From Polyangiaceae bacterium (GTDB taxonomy: Bacteria; Myxococcota_A; Polyangia; Polyangiales; Polyangiaceae), in NCBI GenBank assembly GCA_965222375.1, contig CBDCTZ010000016.1, forward strand, positions 192,001 to 256,000: DNA of 64,000 nt, given 5' to 3'. The notes beneath the pieces are model-generated. The model had not been told where the DNA came from and ran no database searches. It saw only the letters and a program-made list of their open reading frames with translations. The translations under genes were made by a program, and so were the position numbers. Positions 61,522 to 64,000 of this stretch are shown here, piece by piece (within the stretch, counting starts at the first letter, position 1; every line of letters begins with the position of its first letter).

Positions 61522-62742
61522 TCAAGGCTCGCGATAGAACCGCGGCACTCTTCGTGAGACGGAAGTGAGCACTTCCCACGGGATGGTGCCGAGCTGTTCC
61601 GCGATCTCGGTTGCGTCGATGGACGCTTCGCCCTTCGGACCCTTTTGGCTTCCCAGCACGACGCACTCGTCGCCGACGCTGACGTCATCGATCTCCGTGA
61701 CGTCGATCATGGTCATGTCCATGCTGACGACCCCGACGATGGGTGCTCGCTGGCCACGGACGAGGATGGAGCCCTTGTTCGATAGCCCGCGGGTCAGGCC
61801 GTCGGCGTAGCCCATGGGTAAGGTGGCGATGCGGCTCGTGCGCTTGGCCTTCCAAGTGGCGCCGTAGCCAACGGTCATGCCCTCTTGGATTTCGCGCAGC
61901 GCGATGACCTCACTGGCGACCCGCATGACCGGCCGCAGTTCGGGCAGCCACTCGGGCTGGGGCGTGACTCCGAAGAGCGCGATTCCAGGGCGGACTGCGT
62001 TCAAGCGGGCCCGGGCGCAGCGAATGGTGGCGGCGCTGTTGGCCGCGTGGCGCAGGGGAATGTCGACGCCCCGGTCCAAGAGGCCCTGACAAGACTCATC
62101 GAAGATGTCGAGTTGGTGGTCGACGCTCTCCACGTCGTCGGCGTCCGCACAGGCGAAATGGGTCATCACCCCTTCGAGCCGCACTTCCTTGAACCGTCCA
62201 AGGGCCTTGGCGATGTCGGGAACCTCCTGGGGCATGACGCCCAGGCGGGCCATGCCCGTGTCGATCTTCAGATGAGCTCCGACCCGACCCGCTCCGCTGA
62301 AGCGAACCTCTTCCGCCAGGGTGGCGATCTGCCCGGCCTCGTGGATGACCGGTGTGAGGTCGTAGCGAAGCAGCTCTCCCCAGGCCCGATCGTAGTGGCC
62401 GCCCATGACGAGAATGGGAGCGCGGATCCCGGCTTGGCGCAGCTCGACGCCCTCCTCCATGAGAGCCACACACATTCGAGTCGCGCCGGCTCGTTCGAGC
62501 GTCCGGGCTACGGCTTTGGAGCCATGGCCGTAGCCGTCGGCTTTGAGGACACAGCAGACCTCTGCGCCGCCAGCCACACGCTGCAAGATCCGGAGGTTGT
62601 GCCGAAGGGCCGCCAGATTGATTTCAGCGCGCGTGGGGCGTACCGCATCCGAAGGCACCGCCCGCTGCGGACGGAGCACCCGGGGCAGAGGGGTTGCCGT
62701 CGCGCCGGAGTCCGCCGGGAGCAGGGGGTGGGGCAGGGTCAT
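61522..62742 (-). CDS. alr: Alanine racemase
   Basis: VLKADGYGHG, HLKIDTGMARLG, MTHFACAD, HAANSA, VRPGIALFG, GYADG and VSMD. Confidence 0.97.
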   Translation of the reverse strand: MTLPHPLLPADSGATATPLPRVLRPQRAVPSDAVRPTRAEINLAALRHNLRILQRVAGGAEVCCVLKADGYGHGSKAVARTLERAGATRMCVALMEEGVELRQAGIRAPILVMGGHYDRAWGELLRYDLTPVIHEAGQIATLAEEVRFSGAGRVGAHLKIDTGMARLGVMPQEVPDIAKALGRFKEVRLEGVMTHFACADADDVESVDHQLDIFDESCQGLLDRGVDIPLRHAANSAATIRCARARLNAVRPGIALFGVTPQPEWLPELRPVMRVASEVIALREIQEGMTVGYGATWKAKRTSRIATLPMGYADGLTRGLSNKGSILVRGQRAPIVGVVSMDMTMIDVTEIDDVSVGDECVVLGSQKGPKGEASIDATEIAEQLGTIPWEVLTSVSRRVPRFYREP

Positions 62743-62791
62743 CTGGGTTAGAGCGTTAGCGCCGCTTTTCGCCGGGCGTCAACTTCCCGGC

Positions 62792-63400
62792 CTATTCGAA
62801 GCAACGCCGCATGCACTGGCGGTAATCCCCGGCGCACGGTTCGCAGGGGACATTGCTGGCATCCAGCGCTTTTTGGCACTTTGGCTTGCACGAATTCAGC
62901 GCTTCTTTGCACTTTTCGGCGCAAGAAGCGCCTGGGGTGTTCGGCCCGCTGGCCGGGTCGACTGGCGGCGCCCCCGCGTCGGGGCTGGCGATGGCGGCTG
63001 TGGAGGGGGGCGCCTTGCGGGCATTCACGGGTTCTGCGGCCTGCGTTGGCCCGCCCGCTCTCGCCGGGGTGCGTCGAGACAGGTCGAGCTGGGGCCGGCT
63101 CGGGTCGCCAGCCGTGAGTCGCGCTATCCGTCGCCGAGCGTAGTCCAGGCGGTCGCGAGTCTGGCCGTAGGTATACCGGCTCGTCCACTCCCGCCAGCAG
63201 GCTTCTCGGTGGGACGGGGCGATGTTGGGATCCAGGTCGAGCCGATAGCAGTGCTCGAACCGGATGTTGCCCTCGTAAATCGAGGAAACGCTCGGCCCGC
63301 AGCCGATGAGGAGCGCCCCGACAGTGGCGGCCGTGTTCCGGAGTCGCAAGACGAGACACAAGTTGCCGGGTTTGGGGTCCGTCGGCAAGCGCCCTGTCAT
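62792..63400 (-). CDS. Hypothetical Cys-containing lipoprotein
   Basis: LLIGC lipobox, YEG..RFEHCY and a C-terminal Cys cluster. The start is uncertain. Confidence 0.65.
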   Translation of the reverse strand: MTGRLPTDPKPGNLCLVLRLRNTAATVGALLIGCGPSVSSIYEGNIRFEHCYRLDLDPNIAPSHREACWREWTSRYTYGQTRDRLDYARRRIARLTAGDPSRPQLDLSRRTPARAGGPTQAAEPVNARKAPPSTAAIASPDAGAPPVDPASGPNTPGASCAEKCKEALNSCKPKCQKALDASNVPCEPCAGDYRQCMRRCFE

Positions 63401-63417
63401 GCTATGTCCCGGACGCG

Positions 63418-64000
63418 ATGTTTACGGGTCTTGTCGAGAAAACGGGCGTCTTGCGGGCACGCCAACGGCGCGGTCCTGGGTTCCGACTCGAGATCGAAGT
63501 GGATCTGGGCCCCCTCGAACTCGGGGAGTCCATCGCCGTATCGGGGGTCTGCCTGACGGTGATCGAGATGTTGGCCAACGGGTTCGCGGCGGACGTGTCC
63601 GTCGAGACGGTGGAAAAGACGACCCTGGGGCGGTGCGCCATCGGCAGTGCCGTCAACTTGGAGCGTTCCCTGGCCTTGGGGGACCGCCTCGGTGGCCATC
63701 TCGTCAGCGGCCACGTGGACGCGGTGGCGCGGGTCAAGGGTGTGACCAGCAGCGGCGACGCCTGGAATGTGACCGTGGAGCCACCGCGGGAGCTGATGGC
63801 CTTCTTGGCGCCCAAAGGTTCTGTGACCCTCGATGGCGTCTCCCTGACCATCAACCGCACCCACGAAACCGCCATCGAGCTGATGCTGATTCCGCACACC
63901 CGGGAGGTGACAAATCTCGGGGATTTGCGGGTTGGCAGCGAGCTGAACCTGGAGGTGGACCTGTTGTCGCGCTATGTCGTCCACTACTTAACTCGGATTG
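63418..64000 (+). CDS. ribE: Riboflavin synthase (alpha chain), 3' end outside the window
   Basis: ATG 63418 gives MFTGLVE...GESIAVSGVCLTV...VNLERSL..GDRLGGHLVSGHVD...KGSVTLDGVSLTIN. It is absent from the ORF track because no stop falls within the window. Confidence 0.95.
   Translation, partial: MFTGLVEKTGVLRARQRRGPGFRLEIEVDLGPLELGESIAVSGVCLTVIEMLANGFAADVSVETVEKTTLGRCAIGSAVNLERSLALGDRLGGHLVSGHVDAVARVKGVTSSGDAWNVTVEPPRELMAFLAPKGSVTLDGVSLTINRTHETAIELMLIPHTREVTNLGDLRVGSELNLEVDLLSRYVVHYLTRI

Overview
GC-rich chromosomal window from a myxobacterium, most likely Polyangiales/Sorangiineae-like. This rests on the mglB-mglA pair, a PilZ protein, many Gly-linker/Cys-rich lipoproteins and a myxobacterial-type HNH repeat gene. 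Most of it is housekeeping (clpB, thpR-cinA, ligA, tlyA, comEC-hpt, rarA-yggS, mglBA, recX, RNase E/G, phhB, alr, riboflavin synthase) mixed with secreted lipoproteins and glycan-active enzymes. The best candidate for a new system is an accessory block at about 55.1-61.5 kb. It encodes an 895-aa fusion of a SAMHD1/YdhJ-like HD dNTP-triphosphohydrolase domain and a conflict-system-type PRTase-like domain. That gene follows a small probable winged-helix (YwgA/SocA-like) gene and is divergent from a dedicated LexA paralogue. The intergenic region has a perfect 24-bp AT-rich palindrome and a structured leader hairpin. I infer a DNA-damage-inducible, nucleotide-targeting defence or toxin-antitoxin module. 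Other observations: a four-helix-bundle gene flanked by a long hairpin and opposed low-complexity tracts, an M1 aminopeptidase-GH5 fusion, three independent tandem duplications of gene 3' ends, a hidden 37-aa basic ORF, an active/inactive transglutaminase-like pair and a decayed HNH element. I saw no rRNA, tRNA, CRISPR array, integrase or reverse transcriptase. All family assignments come from motif recognition by eye, not from database searches.
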